The notes under the pieces are model-generated. The model did no database searches. It was not told where the DNA came from and was given only the letters and a program-made list of their open reading frames with translations. Below, one piece after another: positions 7,134 through 17,520 of a stretch of DNA of 34,098 bases. Position 1 is the stretch's first letter. The number at the start of each line of letters is the position of its first letter. The position numbers and the translations under genes were made by a program. Source of the stretch: a virus. The DNA lies in UHGV virus genome UHGV-0207783; one strand, 5' to 3'.

Positions 7134-7399
7134 TACATATCAAATTTAATGTTTTCCCACTTTTTATAAGCATCAAAGTAGATCTCATTCTTATCTCCAC
7201 TGTAAGTGATCTCGTAATACATACCATCACTTACTGGCGTACTAAGCAATGCCTTGTGATTTTGCAGTGTTTTGCAATACCAAACTACAAATACATCATC
7301 TACCGTCATGTTGTCAGATGCATCAGTCTTGTCTTTATTCTGATTAAAATAATCCGCTACCTTTGCTTTGCAAATGTTTAAAAATTCCTTGCTTCCCAT
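7133..7399 (-). CDS. hypothetical lysis-cassette protein (88 aa from ATG 7399; track ORF extends to 7453)
   Basis: The internal ATG at 7399 has a perfect RBS GGAAAGGAGTTAAAATC-ATG. The longer ORF would have to read through the palindromic motif. Confidence 0.45.
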   Translation of the reverse strand: MGSKEFLNICKAKVADYFNQNKDKTDASDNMTVDDVFVVWYCKTLQNHKALLSTPVSDGMYYEITYSGDKNEIYFDAYKKWENIKFDM

Positions 7400-7414
7400 G
7401 ATTTTAACTCCTTT

Positions 7415-7433
7415 CCGTGCGATGTCGCACAAT
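7415..7433. promoter_or_regulatory. 19-bp motif CCGTGCGATGTCGCACAAT, copy B
   Basis: Exactly 300 bp from copy A. Lies immediately 5' of the RBS (AAAGGAG) of the 88-aa gene. Confidence 0.5.
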
Positions 7434-7468
7434 AAAAGAGAGCCTGTTTCCAAGCTCTCTCAAATTAT

Positions 7469-7717
7469 CTATTTATATGTAAGTGCCCTATCTGAATCTC
7501 CCGTTCCCGGTGTCGTTGGGTCCACCACTACACCAAGGATCGCCAGAACCGCAAAGAGTGCATTGATCACAGTTAAAAGCTTGTCTCCAAGGTTTCCAAG
7601 GTCGATTGTAAACCCAAACACTGCCGCAATTGCCTGTATCAACAGCAACAGTGCCGGGATCAGTGCTACCCAAAATGCCTTGTTTTTGATTCTTACAATC
7701 CAGTTAATCTTCTTCAT
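7469..7717 (-). CDS. holin, phage phiLC3-like family (82 aa)
   Basis: N-terminus MKKINWIVRIKNKAFWVALIPALLLLIQ plus a second TM helix. Sits in the lysis cassette upstream of the endolysin. Confidence 0.7.
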   Translation of the reverse strand: MKKINWIVRIKNKAFWVALIPALLLLIQAIAAVFGFTIDLGNLGDKLLTVINALFAVLAILGVVVDPTTPGTGDSDRALTYK

Positions 7718-7731
7718 TTTTCATTCTCCTT

Positions 7732-8013
7732 TTACAAATACATTGCTACTATTCCACCAATCACAGCTCCGATCAGTGCAGTTACTACTCCATCCCACCG
7801 TTTAGCTGGAGTCTGCTCAAGATGTGTCACTTTTGCGGTCAACTGCACAAGGGTCTGATTCATAAATCCAACCTCCTTGGTCAACCCAACCATTTCCTGT
7901 GCCAGCTGGTGCACCACATTAACAACGTCCTCCGCTTCTTTCATTCGGTGTTTTAATGAGCCGATTTCTTTTCCGTGCTCTGCAAGTTTCACTTCTACTT
8001 CATTTTCTGTCAT
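7732..8013 (-). CDS. XhlA-like hemolysin/holin-associated protein (93 aa from ATG 8013)
   Basis: Coiled-coil followed by a C-terminal TM helix (WDGVVTALIGAVIGGIVAMYL). RBS GGAGGG. Adjacent to the holin. Confidence 0.6.
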   Translation of the reverse strand: MTENEVEVKLAEHGKEIGSLKHRMKEAEDVVNVVHQLAQEMVGLTKEVGFMNQTLVQLTAKVTHLEQTPAKRWDGVVTALIGAVIGGIVAMYL

Positions 8014-8030
8014 GTTTTCCCTCCGGTTTT

Positions 8031-8061
8031 TAAAGTATAAAAATAAGACCAACACGGTCTT
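8031..8061 (-). terminator. rho-independent terminator between tail fiber gene and lysis cassette (minus strand)
   Basis: Hairpin aagacc-aacac-ggtctt followed on the minus strand by ATTTTTATACTTT. Confidence 0.5.
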
Positions 8062-8089
8062 GCCCTAATCTCCATATAATCTCCTTTAA

Positions 8090-11000
8090 TCAATCATCTG
8101 TAATCCACGTGAACGTTGCATGACGTTCTGTCCATGCGGCATTCTCCACATAAATCTTGATCCCCCCATCTTTTCCTATGCCGTATCTTCCCGTTCCAAA
8201 TATGTAAGTTCCTACAACTTCACTATAGGGAGCAAAGAAATCCACAACCGGTCGATATCCTACTGGAATTTTCACATCGTTGAATGGCCCGTATTCGCCA
8301 CTTCCCGGAAATTGTGCAATCATTGTGATCTTGCATGTTACCATACATCCTCTTCTTTTTAGTTCCACGCGGATGTTATTATTGGAGTTTGCACTTGTAT
8401 ATGGACCTTTCACGGTACCGGAATCGTAATTGCGATACGCATATATGCTTATACGTGGGGATACAGAATTTCTTGCATATATCATTTCATCCTCAAACTG
8501 GATTGTCGTTGCTTTTCTTGTATTTTCATTTGTAAACATGATGTTTTGCAAGTTCACGCTCATAGTAGCTCGATCTGTTGTCGGAGCCTTACCGGAGAAA
8601 GCCAAATACGCATTACTCAATGACGCAACATTTTCCACTGCTCCTTGCACGATTTTCTTGCTAATAATCTTTCCGGATGTAACATCGATAAGCATTGTTC
8701 CATTCTTATCCTTAATAAGTCCGGCAGTTACAGTTCCAAGATCTGCCGCTATCGCACTTAAAGTCTGTGCGTTTAAGTTATCAACAGAAATATAATGGAT
8801 CACCCACCTACTTCCATCCCACCGCTTGATCGGCTGACCGGATGCCGTTTGCCATAACTGGCCAACTTTAGGATTTGACGGAGCCGTAGAAGATACAATT
8901 ATGCCACTTGGTCCTGTTGCTCCTGTAGCACCTGTCGCTCCCTTATCACCATATACTCCGATGATACATGGTGCTGATTGATACGTGCTACCATTTGTAT
9001 AGGTAACAACTTCATAATTCCACAGATATTTTTTTGACGCCGTTATTGCTTGTACAGTTGTAGTCCATCCTGATGTGGACGCCGACACACCGCTTCCGCT
9101 TGCCGTTGCAAGATAATAATTCGTGATAGACTTTATTCCGTTTCCAGTTGCTCCTTGCGGCCCCGTTGCACCAGTTGCCCCCTGCGGTCCTTTCGGGCCA
9201 GTCGCTCCTTGTGGCCCCTGGGGACCTGTTGCACCTGCATTTCCTTGAGGTCCTTGTGGACCGGTAGCTCCTGTTGCTCCTTTGTCTCCGTATATCCCGA
9301 TTATTTTTGGTGTAGTGGTCGCTGTCGTATTATCTGTAAACGTAAATTTTTCATAGTTCCACAAGTATTTATTTGTTGCTGTCATCGTAGGAATTGATGT
9401 ACTCCAACCGCTTAACTCCGTTGTAATTCCTGTTTTTGTGGAAGAAATCAAATAATATTCCGTAATAGTTTTTATCCCTCTTCCAGATGACCCCGCAGGC
9501 CCTTGTGGTCCTGTCGCACCTTGTTCTCCTTTAATCTTCGCCCACTTATAAGATCCAACACTTGCAGGATCGGACTGATTGTAATCCACGCAAGTACCAA
9601 TATACGTTCCTACATCTTCTCCGCTGTTTCCGGTAAATGTTTTCCCTCCATCGTTGGAATATTTAATGTGCAGATAGCTTGTCTTGCCGTTTGTACCGTT
9701 CGTCCCCGGAATCCCCTGTGTTCCCTGCGGTCCTTGAAGTCCTTGGAAGCGTGACCAGGCATATTTCTTTGGATCTTCGCTATCTGCTTGCGTAAAATCT
9801 ACGTAAGTACCAATGTATGTAGACGGCGTTTCCGTCATCTGGCTACTTGAGGTAGGATTCGCAACTGAGGAATACTTAATATGAAAATAGGTGGACTGTC
9901 CGGCTGGTCCCTGCGGTCCAGTAGCACCTGTATTTCCTTGAGGTCCCTGTATTCCCTGTTCACCTTTAGGACCTTGTATTCCCTGCAAACCCGGGACTCC
10001 CTGAGGACCACGTTCCCCATTTTCGCCTTTGATCTTTGTCCATGTATATTTCGTAGCATCTGTACTATCTGCCTGTGTATAATCTGTATACTGCCCGATA
10101 TAGAGCTTATTTGTACCATCCGTGGTGGAAAATCCCGTCTTGCCATCTGCACTGTTTGCATAGGCGATATGTAGATACGGGGTCTTTCCATCCGCTCCCG
10201 GCTTTCCGGGTGTTCCAATCGCCCCATCTGCGCCTTTTATCTTACTCCACGCGTATTTTGTTGGGTCTGTGCTGTCGTTCGGAATAAAATCGACATACAT
10301 TCCGATATATTCCCGATTACTGTCAGAAACAGAAAAATCTTTAGACCCATCTGCGCTGTTTGCATAAGCAATGTGGGTGTACTGTGTTTTTCCGTCCTTC
10401 CCATCTTTTCCCGGGATTCCCTGATCCCCTTTTGGACCCTGTATACCATCCAATCCCGGAGCGCCTTGTGGACCCGGAGGTCCCTGTTCGCCTTGCTCTC
10501 CTTTCTCACCTTGCGGACCCTGTTCTCCGTCTTTTCCATCCTCTCCATCCATTACATCTGTAATCGTAACCTCGTAATACCCACGTTTTATCCCATTTTC
10601 CATAGCCTCAAACGAGTACACCGCCTTTGTATCAACATCAGTTGCATTTACCGTAACGCTCTTACCAACATAAAACTCTGTCCCATCTTTGCTCCACCGG
10701 ATTTCCAGATTGCCCGTGACGTCCACGCCGTTATCGTAAGCGTAAGCTGTCAGAGTAGTGCTGCCGATACCATTTTTAAAGATGATGCCATTGTTGGTGG
10801 AGATGGAACAAGTGTAGACCTTATTTTTGTTGATAAGATCTTCCATCCTCTGCAACAAGCTATCCGAAATTTCGGATGTAAGCTCTTTGTAGTTTGTAAA
10901 TACCGTCTTTGCAGTTTTTGGATTGGTAAGACTCCTGATCTGTTCTGATACTCTTGCCTGTAGATAAAGGACTGGTGTCCACTCCTGATCCTGCATCCTT

Positions 11001-11977
11001 ACCGTATCCCCGATGTTGGTGTCAAAATATCCGTCCACCTCGTAAGTCACCACCGGTTCAGATGCTGTTTTAAGATCAGACAGAGCCATGCTATAGAGCT
11101 TGTCCTTGCTGTCTGTATCGTACTCTTTTCGCATCAGGATATAAGCATCAGCCTTATTTACGATATTGGATGGGAACCGGTCCCTTGCCTGTGGTGCCCG
11201 GATGATTGCGCCGTCTGTAAAGTACTCGATATTGCCGTTTTCATCGTATTCTTTCTTGTCAAGACCATTGATTGTCAGACCGTCCTTTCCGGTCGGCTGG
11301 ATGCAGGTGTAAAGCTTCTCGGCATCTGTGGTTTTTCGAATTCCGGTAATTCCTTTCCCGTACCGCAGTACAATGTCATTCCGGTATTCTCCGACTCCGC
11401 TGTCTGTATCGGAGTGTTTCCGATATACATTTAGGACAATCTCTTTTAAAGAGTAGTCTCTGTTCAGTACTGTCTCAAATTCGATCTCCGCAGAAAAGAC
11501 ATTAGCCAGGGAGAATAATCTCTTTAATACGGACGTTGTACCTGTCCATTCGTTGGTGATCCGTTTGTCCGACACCTCATTGAGTCCCAATTTAAGCGTT
11601 CTCTCAGCATCAAAGACGGCGAGGTACTCTTCAAAACTCATGGCTTTTCCAGCTTTGTATTCTCCAGCATCCTCGTTAATAAGCTCAAACGACAGTGACC
11701 ATGCCGTAGCAGTAATCGTCTGTTCCGTTTTATCGGTATTTACAATGTTTAAGTAGTATGATTTCCCCTTGTAAGTAAATGCCACCTTATTCCCAGCTTT
11801 GATATGCTGTGCGTCTGGATGCTTTGCATTTACCGTAAAAGTGTAAGTATTCGCCGTACCCTGTAAGTATTCGTGTAGATCATCATTCCAGTAGTGCATG
11901 GACTTTTTATGTGCATTATCCATAAACGCTACTGGCGTGTTATTTGCGCTTAAAATCGCAATTCTGATGTTATCCAT
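8090..11977 (-). CDS. tail fiber / receptor-binding protein (1295 aa): Prophage_tail-like N-terminal domain, collagen-like Gly-X-Y tracts, repeated fiber modules, C-terminal receptor-binding head
   Basis: N-terminus resembles the phage minor structural protein family. Multiple GxQGxxG collagen stretches. Four copies of a Y-[TL]-HI-[AK]-Y...KY[AT]W[ST]KIKG module and two copies of a GIK[TS]IT[EN]YYL...KYLWNYE...IIG[IV][11 protein letters not shown] module. Confidence 0.8.
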   Translation of the reverse strand: MDNIRIAILSANNTPVAFMDNAHKKSMHYWNDDLHEYLQGTANTYTFTVNAKHPDAQHIKAGNKVAFTYKGKSYYLNIVNTDKTEQTITATAWSLSFELINEDAGEYKAGKAMSFEEYLAVFDAERTLKLGLNEVSDKRITNEWTGTTSVLKRLFSLANVFSAEIEFETVLNRDYSLKEIVLNVYRKHSDTDSGVGEYRNDIVLRYGKGITGIRKTTDAEKLYTCIQPTGKDGLTINGLDKKEYDENGNIEYFTDGAIIRAPQARDRFPSNIVNKADAYILMRKEYDTDSKDKLYSMALSDLKTASEPVVTYEVDGYFDTNIGDTVRMQDQEWTPVLYLQARVSEQIRSLTNPKTAKTVFTNYKELTSEISDSLLQRMEDLINKNKVYTCSISTNNGIIFKNGIGSTTLTAYAYDNGVDVTGNLEIRWSKDGTEFYVGKSVTVNATDVDTKAVYSFEAMENGIKRGYYEVTITDVMDGEDGKDGEQGPQGEKGEQGEQGPPGPQGAPGLDGIQGPKGDQGIPGKDGKDGKTQYTHIAYANSADGSKDFSVSDSNREYIGMYVDFIPNDSTDPTKYAWSKIKGADGAIGTPGKPGADGKTPYLHIAYANSADGKTGFSTTDGTNKLYIGQYTDYTQADSTDATKYTWTKIKGENGERGPQGVPGLQGIQGPKGEQGIQGPQGNTGATGPQGPAGQSTYFHIKYSSVANPTSSSQMTETPSTYIGTYVDFTQADSEDPKKYAWSRFQGLQGPQGTQGIPGTNGTNGKTSYLHIKYSNDGGKTFTGNSGEDVGTYIGTCVDYNQSDPASVGSYKWAKIKGEQGATGPQGPAGSSGRGIKTITEYYLISSTKTGITTELSGWSTSIPTMTATNKYLWNYEKFTFTDNTTATTTPKIIGIYGDKGATGATGPQGPQGNAGATGPQGPQGATGPKGPQGATGATGPQGATGNGIKSITNYYLATASGSGVSASTSGWTTTVQAITASKKYLWNYEVVTYTNGSTYQSAPCIIGVYGDKGATGATGATGPSGIIVSSTAPSNPKVGQLWQTASGQPIKRWDGSRWVIHYISVDNLNAQTLSAIAADLGTVTAGLIKDKNGTMLIDVTSGKIISKKIVQGAVENVASLSNAYLAFSGKAPTTDRATMSVNLQNIMFTNENTRKATTIQFEDEMIYARNSVSPRISIYAYRNYDSGTVKGPYTSANSNNNIRVELKRRGCMVTCKITMIAQFPGSGEYGPFNDVKIPVGYRPVVDFFAPYSEVVGTYIFGTGRYGIGKDGGIKIYVENAAWTERHATFTWITDD

Positions 11978-13446
11978 TACAAATATACCTCCCGTATTTT
12001 TGCTTTAATATGCGGCGGTGGAGATGAAAAGGAAGAATAGCAGAACTGGACTTCCGTTGTCCCCGGTGGAACTTTTGGATAATTGGATCCATTAATCTCA
12101 TCTCCTTTTGCCGGCATCCCGTTTACATAGACCTTTGTACTCTCTCCGTCTATAGACACCACATCTCCGGCACGATACCGGTTCGGCACATCCTTATACT
12201 TATCGACATTGTCTTTCCGGAATCGGATGCTTTTTAAATAGTTGTGTGTGACGTACTGGTTTGATAGATTTCGGTCTCCCCACTGCCCGATCCAGATCTG
12301 GATTTTTTCGCATTCCATATCCTTTATTTCCGGTATGTTTCTCTCCATATAGCTTCCATACCAGAAAATCCGCAGCTTTTCTCCCTCTTTTAAAAAGTCA
12401 TTATGGCATCCCATTTTTAGGTTAAACGGATTGCCCTCGTAGGCTGTCGGCTGGAATTCTTCTCGTCTGATTAAGGTGTTCCCGGGGGCAAACCACTCGA
12501 TACGTGCCGTATTTCCCGTGGAATCACTCTTGTTAATAGACATGGCACAGATCACTTTGTTATCTCCGGTCAAAAAAGCGATTGTCTGCGCTCCTGTCTG
12601 TCCCATCAAACCTGTCTCGAACCAGTGCTGGGTGTAACAGTAAAAGTTCTTCGCTCCACGTCTGCCCTCGCTGTCCACCGGGATAGTAAGCGTTCTCATT
12701 CCGCCGTTCCAGTACCCGGATGTGGATTGTCCACCTTTTAATGCCATGACGTTATATCCGGCAACATTCTTGACTTCGAGTGTTCCCTGTGTGGTGTTTT
12801 CCGGATTCTGATAAGAGGTGCCATGATCATCTTGAAACAAGCCGTAACCGTTAAACAGTTCTTCGGACGCTTCGTAGTTCTCTCCGTCCGCCTCTTCCTG
12901 TTTTCCGAGCTGGATCACTCCATACTGGCTCACAAGTCCGATAAATCCGTTTTCGTGTTGGTGCGTGATCTCATAGTCCACGTCTGCCCATTCGGTGCCG
13001 TTGTTTTGGATGGTAATTGTCTGGTATCCGTCTTGCTGTACACCGTCAAATTCAAATTCGCCGACAGAGTACGCTACCCCATCCGGGATAAGCCAAGTGA
13101 TTGTGCCTTTCCCAAAAATCGCAACCTGTGTCACATCAAGGTTTCCGTCCGGTATCGCATAAAAGTAGCGATCTGGATAATTCCCAAAAACAAGTTTTTT
13201 CGGCTCTGTGACGTTTAGGATTTTCTGAATCGCGTCATAGCTTGCTAAGATGTCTCCTTTAATTTCAAATGGCATTTCAAGCGTCTTTGATTTATATGTT
13301 GTATAGCCAAAATCCTCTCCTTTTGCACTTTCTGCTCCGTCAAGAAGTCCTGACTCTCTATTTACTCCACTAAACGGAGAGAACCCGGACAATACACTTA
13401 AGTATCGCCCGAGTTCCTGATCGTCAAATTTTACTGATAGGCTCAA
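11977..13446 (-). CDS. distal tail protein (Dit-like, Sipho_tail family) with extended C-terminal domain
   Basis: Lies between the tape measure and tail fiber genes. 489 aa. N-terminal Dit-like region. Confidence 0.65.
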   Translation of the reverse strand: MSLSVKFDDQELGRYLSVLSGFSPFSGVNRESGLLDGAESAKGEDFGYTTYKSKTLEMPFEIKGDILASYDAIQKILNVTEPKKLVFGNYPDRYFYAIPDGNLDVTQVAIFGKGTITWLIPDGVAYSVGEFEFDGVQQDGYQTITIQNNGTEWADVDYEITHQHENGFIGLVSQYGVIQLGKQEEADGENYEASEELFNGYGLFQDDHGTSYQNPENTTQGTLEVKNVAGYNVMALKGGQSTSGYWNGGMRTLTIPVDSEGRRGAKNFYCYTQHWFETGLMGQTGAQTIAFLTGDNKVICAMSINKSDSTGNTARIEWFAPGNTLIRREEFQPTAYEGNPFNLKMGCHNDFLKEGEKLRIFWYGSYMERNIPEIKDMECEKIQIWIGQWGDRNLSNQYVTHNYLKSIRFRKDNVDKYKDVPNRYRAGDVVSIDGESTKVYVNGMPAKGDEINGSNYPKVPPGTTEVQFCYSSFSSPPPHIKAKIREVYL

Positions 13447-15773
13447 TTTCTATCCCCTCCTAACATCTTCCGAAAACTTGAATTCTTTTCTATTTGTTTT
13501 TCCATTGGTGTTGCAAGTACTCTGGATGTCTCTACAGAGTCAATTTTATTAACAATCTCTAGTGGTCTGTTGGCAAGTCTGGATAGACGATCTACTGCGT
13601 AGAGTAGCTCGTTGTTATTTTCAGACTTCCGGATTCCAACGCTTTTCTGGTAAGTTTGACTTCCAGCACTTTCCGGCACTGATAACGTTATACCGCTCAC
13701 AGATGCAGACAACTGAGACACCACCTTACCGGATACTTTTTTCATCTCTTTGTACGGCATGTACTCTTCGTATCCGGCACCGACTCCCATCGCAAGGTAC
13801 TTACCAACCTGATCTCGCATAACTCTGGACGGGGAATGAATGCCAAAGAAATCCTTAATGGATGAAACTACACTGCTTGCAAAACCTCCAATTTTGTCAA
13901 TAATCCATCCTGTCATGTTCGAAATACCATTCCACAATCCCTGGACGATATTGCTTCCGATAGAAGCCATCTGTCCCGGAATAGAAGAGATCGTGCTTAC
14001 AATGGCGTTTACAATGTTTGAAGCTGCACCTTTAAGAGAACCTACAGCTGACGATATAACATTTCCAAGTCCCGACATTGCAGTTCTTCCTATGTTCATC
14101 AATGTATTTGGTAAATTCTGTACAGAAGTCTTAATTCCTTCCAATATACTTTCCCCGCATTGCTTCACGAATCCGACCATAGACTTAATTCCATTTCCCA
14201 GTGCGGTTATAATGGTTTTACCAAGGTTCAGCCACTGGAATGCCATCAGTGTGTCAACAATAGCTGCTATAATCTGCGGAATGTTTGCAATCAGAGTTGG
14301 TATTGCCTGGATAAGTCCGAGTGCCAACTGTCCAAGTAATTCCGCGCCCTTCATAAGAATTGTTGGAAAATTGTCGTTAATAATGTTTGCAAATGTAGAA
14401 ATAATCTCTGGGACTCGCTCAATCAATATCGGTATTGCGGTTACGATTCCCTCGACCAATTTCTGTAGCAACTCAAAACCTTTTTGAATCATTACAGGTG
14501 CAGCTTCTGCAAGTTTTTCTCCGATGCCCTGTATAAAATCAAGCACTTTCGGCAACGCTTCTGGAATTGCCTTTACAAATCCGTCAATCAGATTGCTTAA
14601 CAATTCATAGCCTTGCTGCAGCAGACTTGGCCCCTGCGATGTTATCTGCTCGTATAGAGTTGTAATAAGCTGAGTTATAAGCAAGCCGACAGACGGCAAT
14701 ACCTGCATCATACCGCTTATTATTGCCTGTATGATCTGGATCCCAGACGACAACAGTTGCGGTATACTTGTGCTGATATTTTCTGCAAACGAACTTATAA
14801 TCTGTGCTGATGCAGTCACAATTCCGGGCAATGCTTGTATAATTCCCGTTGTTATGTTGGAAATGACTTGTCCACCTATCTGCATCATTTCTCCGAGTTT
14901 TCCGGAGTTAAGTGACTGCGAAAGACTTTCCATCAACAGGTTTCCGACTTCTGGGAGTTCTTTTGCAAGTCTTGGGACGATCTGCATCAAATTATTTGTT
15001 ATATTTTCAGCTGCGGACTTTACAGCATCTGCCAACTCCTGAGGTGAACTTGAACCATTCAAAAAGTTATCAAACGCCGCTTTTGCGGATTGCACAGAAC
15101 CCTCTATGGTAGTCAATGCTTCTTCGCTTGTCGTTCCGGCAATACCCATATTTTCTTGAATCTTGTGGATTGCCTGAATGATCTGGTCGAACGACACATT
15201 GTCAAGATTCTCTATTTTTTCGTTGAGAATGCCGCTGTCGTTAATCAAGCGGATCATTTCAGTCTGCGTTCCACCATATCCAAGTTTCAGGTTATCCAAC
15301 ATTGTGTAGTTCTGCTTCGCAAATCCCTGATAAGCGTTTTGGATATCCGTCATGTTGGAACCAAATTTATTTGCATTGTCTGACATGTCTACCATTGCCA
15401 TGTCTGCTATTCTGGCGGCTTCTGCGGTATTGTTTCCGAGTCCCTGTAAAAGTGATGCAGAAAAGCTTGTTACAGTCTCCATGTACTTATTTGCAGATAC
15501 GCCAGCTGTCTTATACGCATTGTTCGCATTATCGATCACTGTCTGCGCACTATCTTTAAACAGCGTCTCGACACCGCCTATGTTCTGCTCAAGACTCGCA
15601 ACGGAATCAAGAGACATTTTTGACACCGCTCCAAATGCTGCAGCAACGCCAGCTACTGATCCGGCAATCACTTTTAATCCTCCGCTTGCAACGCTGCCAA
15701 GTTTGGAAATTCCTGAATTGAATCCGGATTCGTTTATTTCTGTGTTAAATTTTAATGAGCCATCATAACCCAT
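13443..15773 (-). CDS. tail tape measure protein (776 aa)
   Basis: Long Ala/Gly/Ile-rich helical protein with an N-terminal TP901-type TMP region (GGLKVIAGSVAGVAAAFGAVSKMSL). Lies downstream of the chaperone genes. Confidence 0.85.
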   Translation of the reverse strand: MGYDGSLKFNTEINESGFNSGISKLGSVASGGLKVIAGSVAGVAAAFGAVSKMSLDSVASLEQNIGGVETLFKDSAQTVIDNANNAYKTAGVSANKYMETVTSFSASLLQGLGNNTAEAARIADMAMVDMSDNANKFGSNMTDIQNAYQGFAKQNYTMLDNLKLGYGGTQTEMIRLINDSGILNEKIENLDNVSFDQIIQAIHKIQENMGIAGTTSEEALTTIEGSVQSAKAAFDNFLNGSSSPQELADAVKSAAENITNNLMQIVPRLAKELPEVGNLLMESLSQSLNSGKLGEMMQIGGQVISNITTGIIQALPGIVTASAQIISSFAENISTSIPQLLSSGIQIIQAIISGMMQVLPSVGLLITQLITTLYEQITSQGPSLLQQGYELLSNLIDGFVKAIPEALPKVLDFIQGIGEKLAEAAPVMIQKGFELLQKLVEGIVTAIPILIERVPEIISTFANIINDNFPTILMKGAELLGQLALGLIQAIPTLIANIPQIIAAIVDTLMAFQWLNLGKTIITALGNGIKSMVGFVKQCGESILEGIKTSVQNLPNTLMNIGRTAMSGLGNVISSAVGSLKGAASNIVNAIVSTISSIPGQMASIGSNIVQGLWNGISNMTGWIIDKIGGFASSVVSSIKDFFGIHSPSRVMRDQVGKYLAMGVGAGYEEYMPYKEMKKVSGKVVSQLSASVSGITLSVPESAGSQTYQKSVGIRKSENNNELLYAVDRLSRLANRPLEIVNKIDSVETSRVLATPMEKQIEKNSSFRKMLGGDRN

Positions 15774-15824
15774 ACTATCCCTCCTTTATGGATAGCACAG
15801 GCTCAATGGCTCAATTTAAAGTGC

Positions 15825-15980
15825 TTAAATCTTAATCTCTACTTCTTTTTTGCACGTCCGGCACTTGATAAATGCATTGGTGCAAACGGAATTGTTGTTA
15901 TAAATCAATAGCTTGCACCCGCAAAAAGGACACTTATACCACTTTCTCTCAAGTGATGGTTTTTTAATTTTACAACTCAT
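15825..15980 (-). CDS. 51-aa zinc-ribbon-like peptide (CPFCGC...CRTC) between Gp15 and tape measure genes
   Basis: My own translation: MSCKIKKPSLERKWYKCPFCGCKLLIYNNNSVCTNAFIKCRTCKKEVEIKI. Below the ORF-track cutoff. No strong RBS. Confidence 0.3.
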   Translation of the reverse strand: MSCKIKKPSLERKWYKCPFCGCKLLIYNNNSVCTNAFIKCRTCKKEVEIKI

Positions 15981-15988
15981 CTGTCACC

Positions 15989-16573
15989 TCACATAAAAGC
16001 ATTTCCGATATCATAATCCGTCAGGCTCTCAGATGGCAATTGAATTGATTTCTGGATCTTTTTAATTCGTTTTTTCTCTTCTTTGTCTTTAATTTCCGAT
16101 AAATCAACACTGCGGTACATTATTCGCTGTTTAATCTCTGTATCGTCAGACAAACCATCAAAAAGCATCCGGAATTTCCACCAATGCATATATTTAATGT
16201 CGATTAAATCAATTCCATAATCTCTGAGAAAGCCGGATAATATATATAGATAATCAATGGAGTACGAGAATAAATTTTTCTTCGGCTTTTCTTGCAACTT
16301 TTCTTGCGGTTCTTCACAATCACCTGTCTCCGCAACCTTTGCACAGTTTGTATCCATCGTTATAAAGTGGGACAATGCGCTTATAGCTTCTTCATCTGCA
16401 ACTACATCATCAATAAAATACTGCTGTATGATCGCGAATTTTTGGAGAGCATCAAGCTCTTGGTCTTTCAACATGTCCAAAAGCCTGATGTATTCACGGA
16501 AATCCGTAATAACCTTGATATTTTCCCCTCTTACATTTACTGTGCTCGGTAACTCTTCATAAAAAAAGTTCAT
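15989..16573 (-). CDS. Gp15-family tail assembly protein (194 aa)
   Basis: Position and composition match the Phage_Gp15 family, which lies between the chaperone and TMP in SPP1-like siphoviruses. Confidence 0.5.
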   Translation of the reverse strand: MNFFYEELPSTVNVRGENIKVITDFREYIRLLDMLKDQELDALQKFAIIQQYFIDDVVADEEAISALSHFITMDTNCAKVAETGDCEEPQEKLQEKPKKNLFSYSIDYLYILSGFLRDYGIDLIDIKYMHWWKFRMLFDGLSDDTEIKQRIMYRSVDLSEIKDKEEKKRIKKIQKSIQLPSESLTDYDIGNAFM

Positions 16574-16938
16574 TATTTCTTCGCCCGTCTCTGTGCTCTA
16601 TTCGGTGTGTATTTGCTAACAACAGAGTTCCGTCTCTTATTTACGGCATTGATTTCTTTTTCACATACAGCAATGAACGAATCATAGCACTCTTCGCAAA
16701 CTCTCAAATTCATTTTCCCGTCAAAAAGTTTTTCAGAAGTACCTTCCCCGAAAATTCCGTCAAAAATATCATAAAACAACAAACAATATTCTCTGGTTAT
16801 TTCCGATATCTTCCCAACCTTTTCAAGGTTCTTCTCTCTCGGCTCAATGCTTTCAAATACTTTTTCGTATCTTTCCAAAAACTCTACGTCATCCATATCT
16901 ATTTCAAGTTCTACATCGTTCCATTTCCACTGGTTCAT
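16573..16938 (-). CDS. tail assembly chaperone (gpG-like; 121 aa, acidic with basic C-terminal tail)
   Basis: Gene order (major tail, chaperone, Gp15, TMP). ATGA overlap with the next gene. Confidence 0.45.
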   Translation of the reverse strand: MNQWKWNDVELEIDMDDVEFLERYEKVFESIEPREKNLEKVGKISEITREYCLLFYDIFDGIFGEGTSEKLFDGKMNLRVCEECYDSFIAVCEKEINAVNKRRNSVVSKYTPNRAQRRAKK

Positions 16939-16993
16939 TGGCTCACTTTCCTATTCTTTCTCGTATTTTTTACCGCCTTAAAATCGGCGGCAG

Positions 16994-17518
16994 CTACTCC
17001 CCCATGTAATCTCCCTTGGCGTAAGTAACTGTCTTGGATGTAATGTCAGTTTCCGTAACGTATCCTTCCTCAAGATCGGATACAGCTTTCAGCGATCCAT
17101 TGTAAACCAATGCGTCTGTTCCATCTCCGTCCGAATCCGGGATAACTGCGTAAGTTCTCTTTGTTGCGTAACACTTGTCACCTTCCGTGTTCTTTTTGTA
17201 AAAATCCACCGTGACCACTTCCACATGTGCATCATCCGCAACTTTCTCACCGTCATGGATTTTTGCAATTCGCTCATGTACAGGATTCCCTGCATACATA
17301 TCAAAAGAGTACTCTGTAGCCGGAGCATATCCAACTACATCTGATCTCTCGGTGCTTTCATCCACGTACTGTCTGGAATACTCTTTCGGGTTTTTCCCGT
17401 TTGTCATTGCGGTAAAATTGGTCATTCTTTCAAATTTCGGAGAGCTGCCCGTTGCATCCGTGTTCATGAATGCCACACGCAAATGTCTGCCTACTAATTT
17501 TGGTGCTGTTCCTGACAT
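16994..17518 (-). CDS. major tail protein (174 aa from ATG 17518)
   Basis: RBS AGGAGGTATAAGT-ATG. Lies immediately after the head-tail joining genes. The track ORF extends to 17551 without an RBS. Confidence 0.6.
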   Translation of the reverse strand: MSGTAPKLVGRHLRVAFMNTDATGSSPKFERMTNFTAMTNGKNPKEYSRQYVDESTERSDVVGYAPATEYSFDMYAGNPVHERIAKIHDGEKVADDAHVEVVTVDFYKKNTEGDKCYATKRTYAVIPDSDGDGTDALVYNGSLKAVSDLEEGYVTETDITSKTVTYAKGDYMGE

Positions 17519-17520
17519 AC

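Noticed and set aside
10373-10948. 191-aa plus-strand ORF, and other plus-strand ORFs inside 8090-15773 (e.g. 13840..14487, 15352..15768)
   Set aside because: Shadow ORFs antisense to the long tail fiber and tape measure genes. They are low-complexity, lack RBS and have no partner genes on the plus strand.
8090-11977. Possible diversity-generating retroelement targeting the tail fiber
   Set aside because: No reverse transcriptase gene and no template-repeat copy of the fiber C-terminus anywhere in the window.
15989-16938. Programmed -1 frameshift joining the two tail assembly chaperone genes
   Set aside because: The two ORFs are in an ordinary ATGA stop-start overlap and each is complete. 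No slippery heptamer is needed to explain them.
16939-16993. Hairpin accgcc...ggcggt between the major tail and chaperone genes as a terminator
   Set aside because: The T-run lies 5' of the stem on the plus strand and an A-run follows on the minus strand. That fits neither orientation of an intrinsic terminator.
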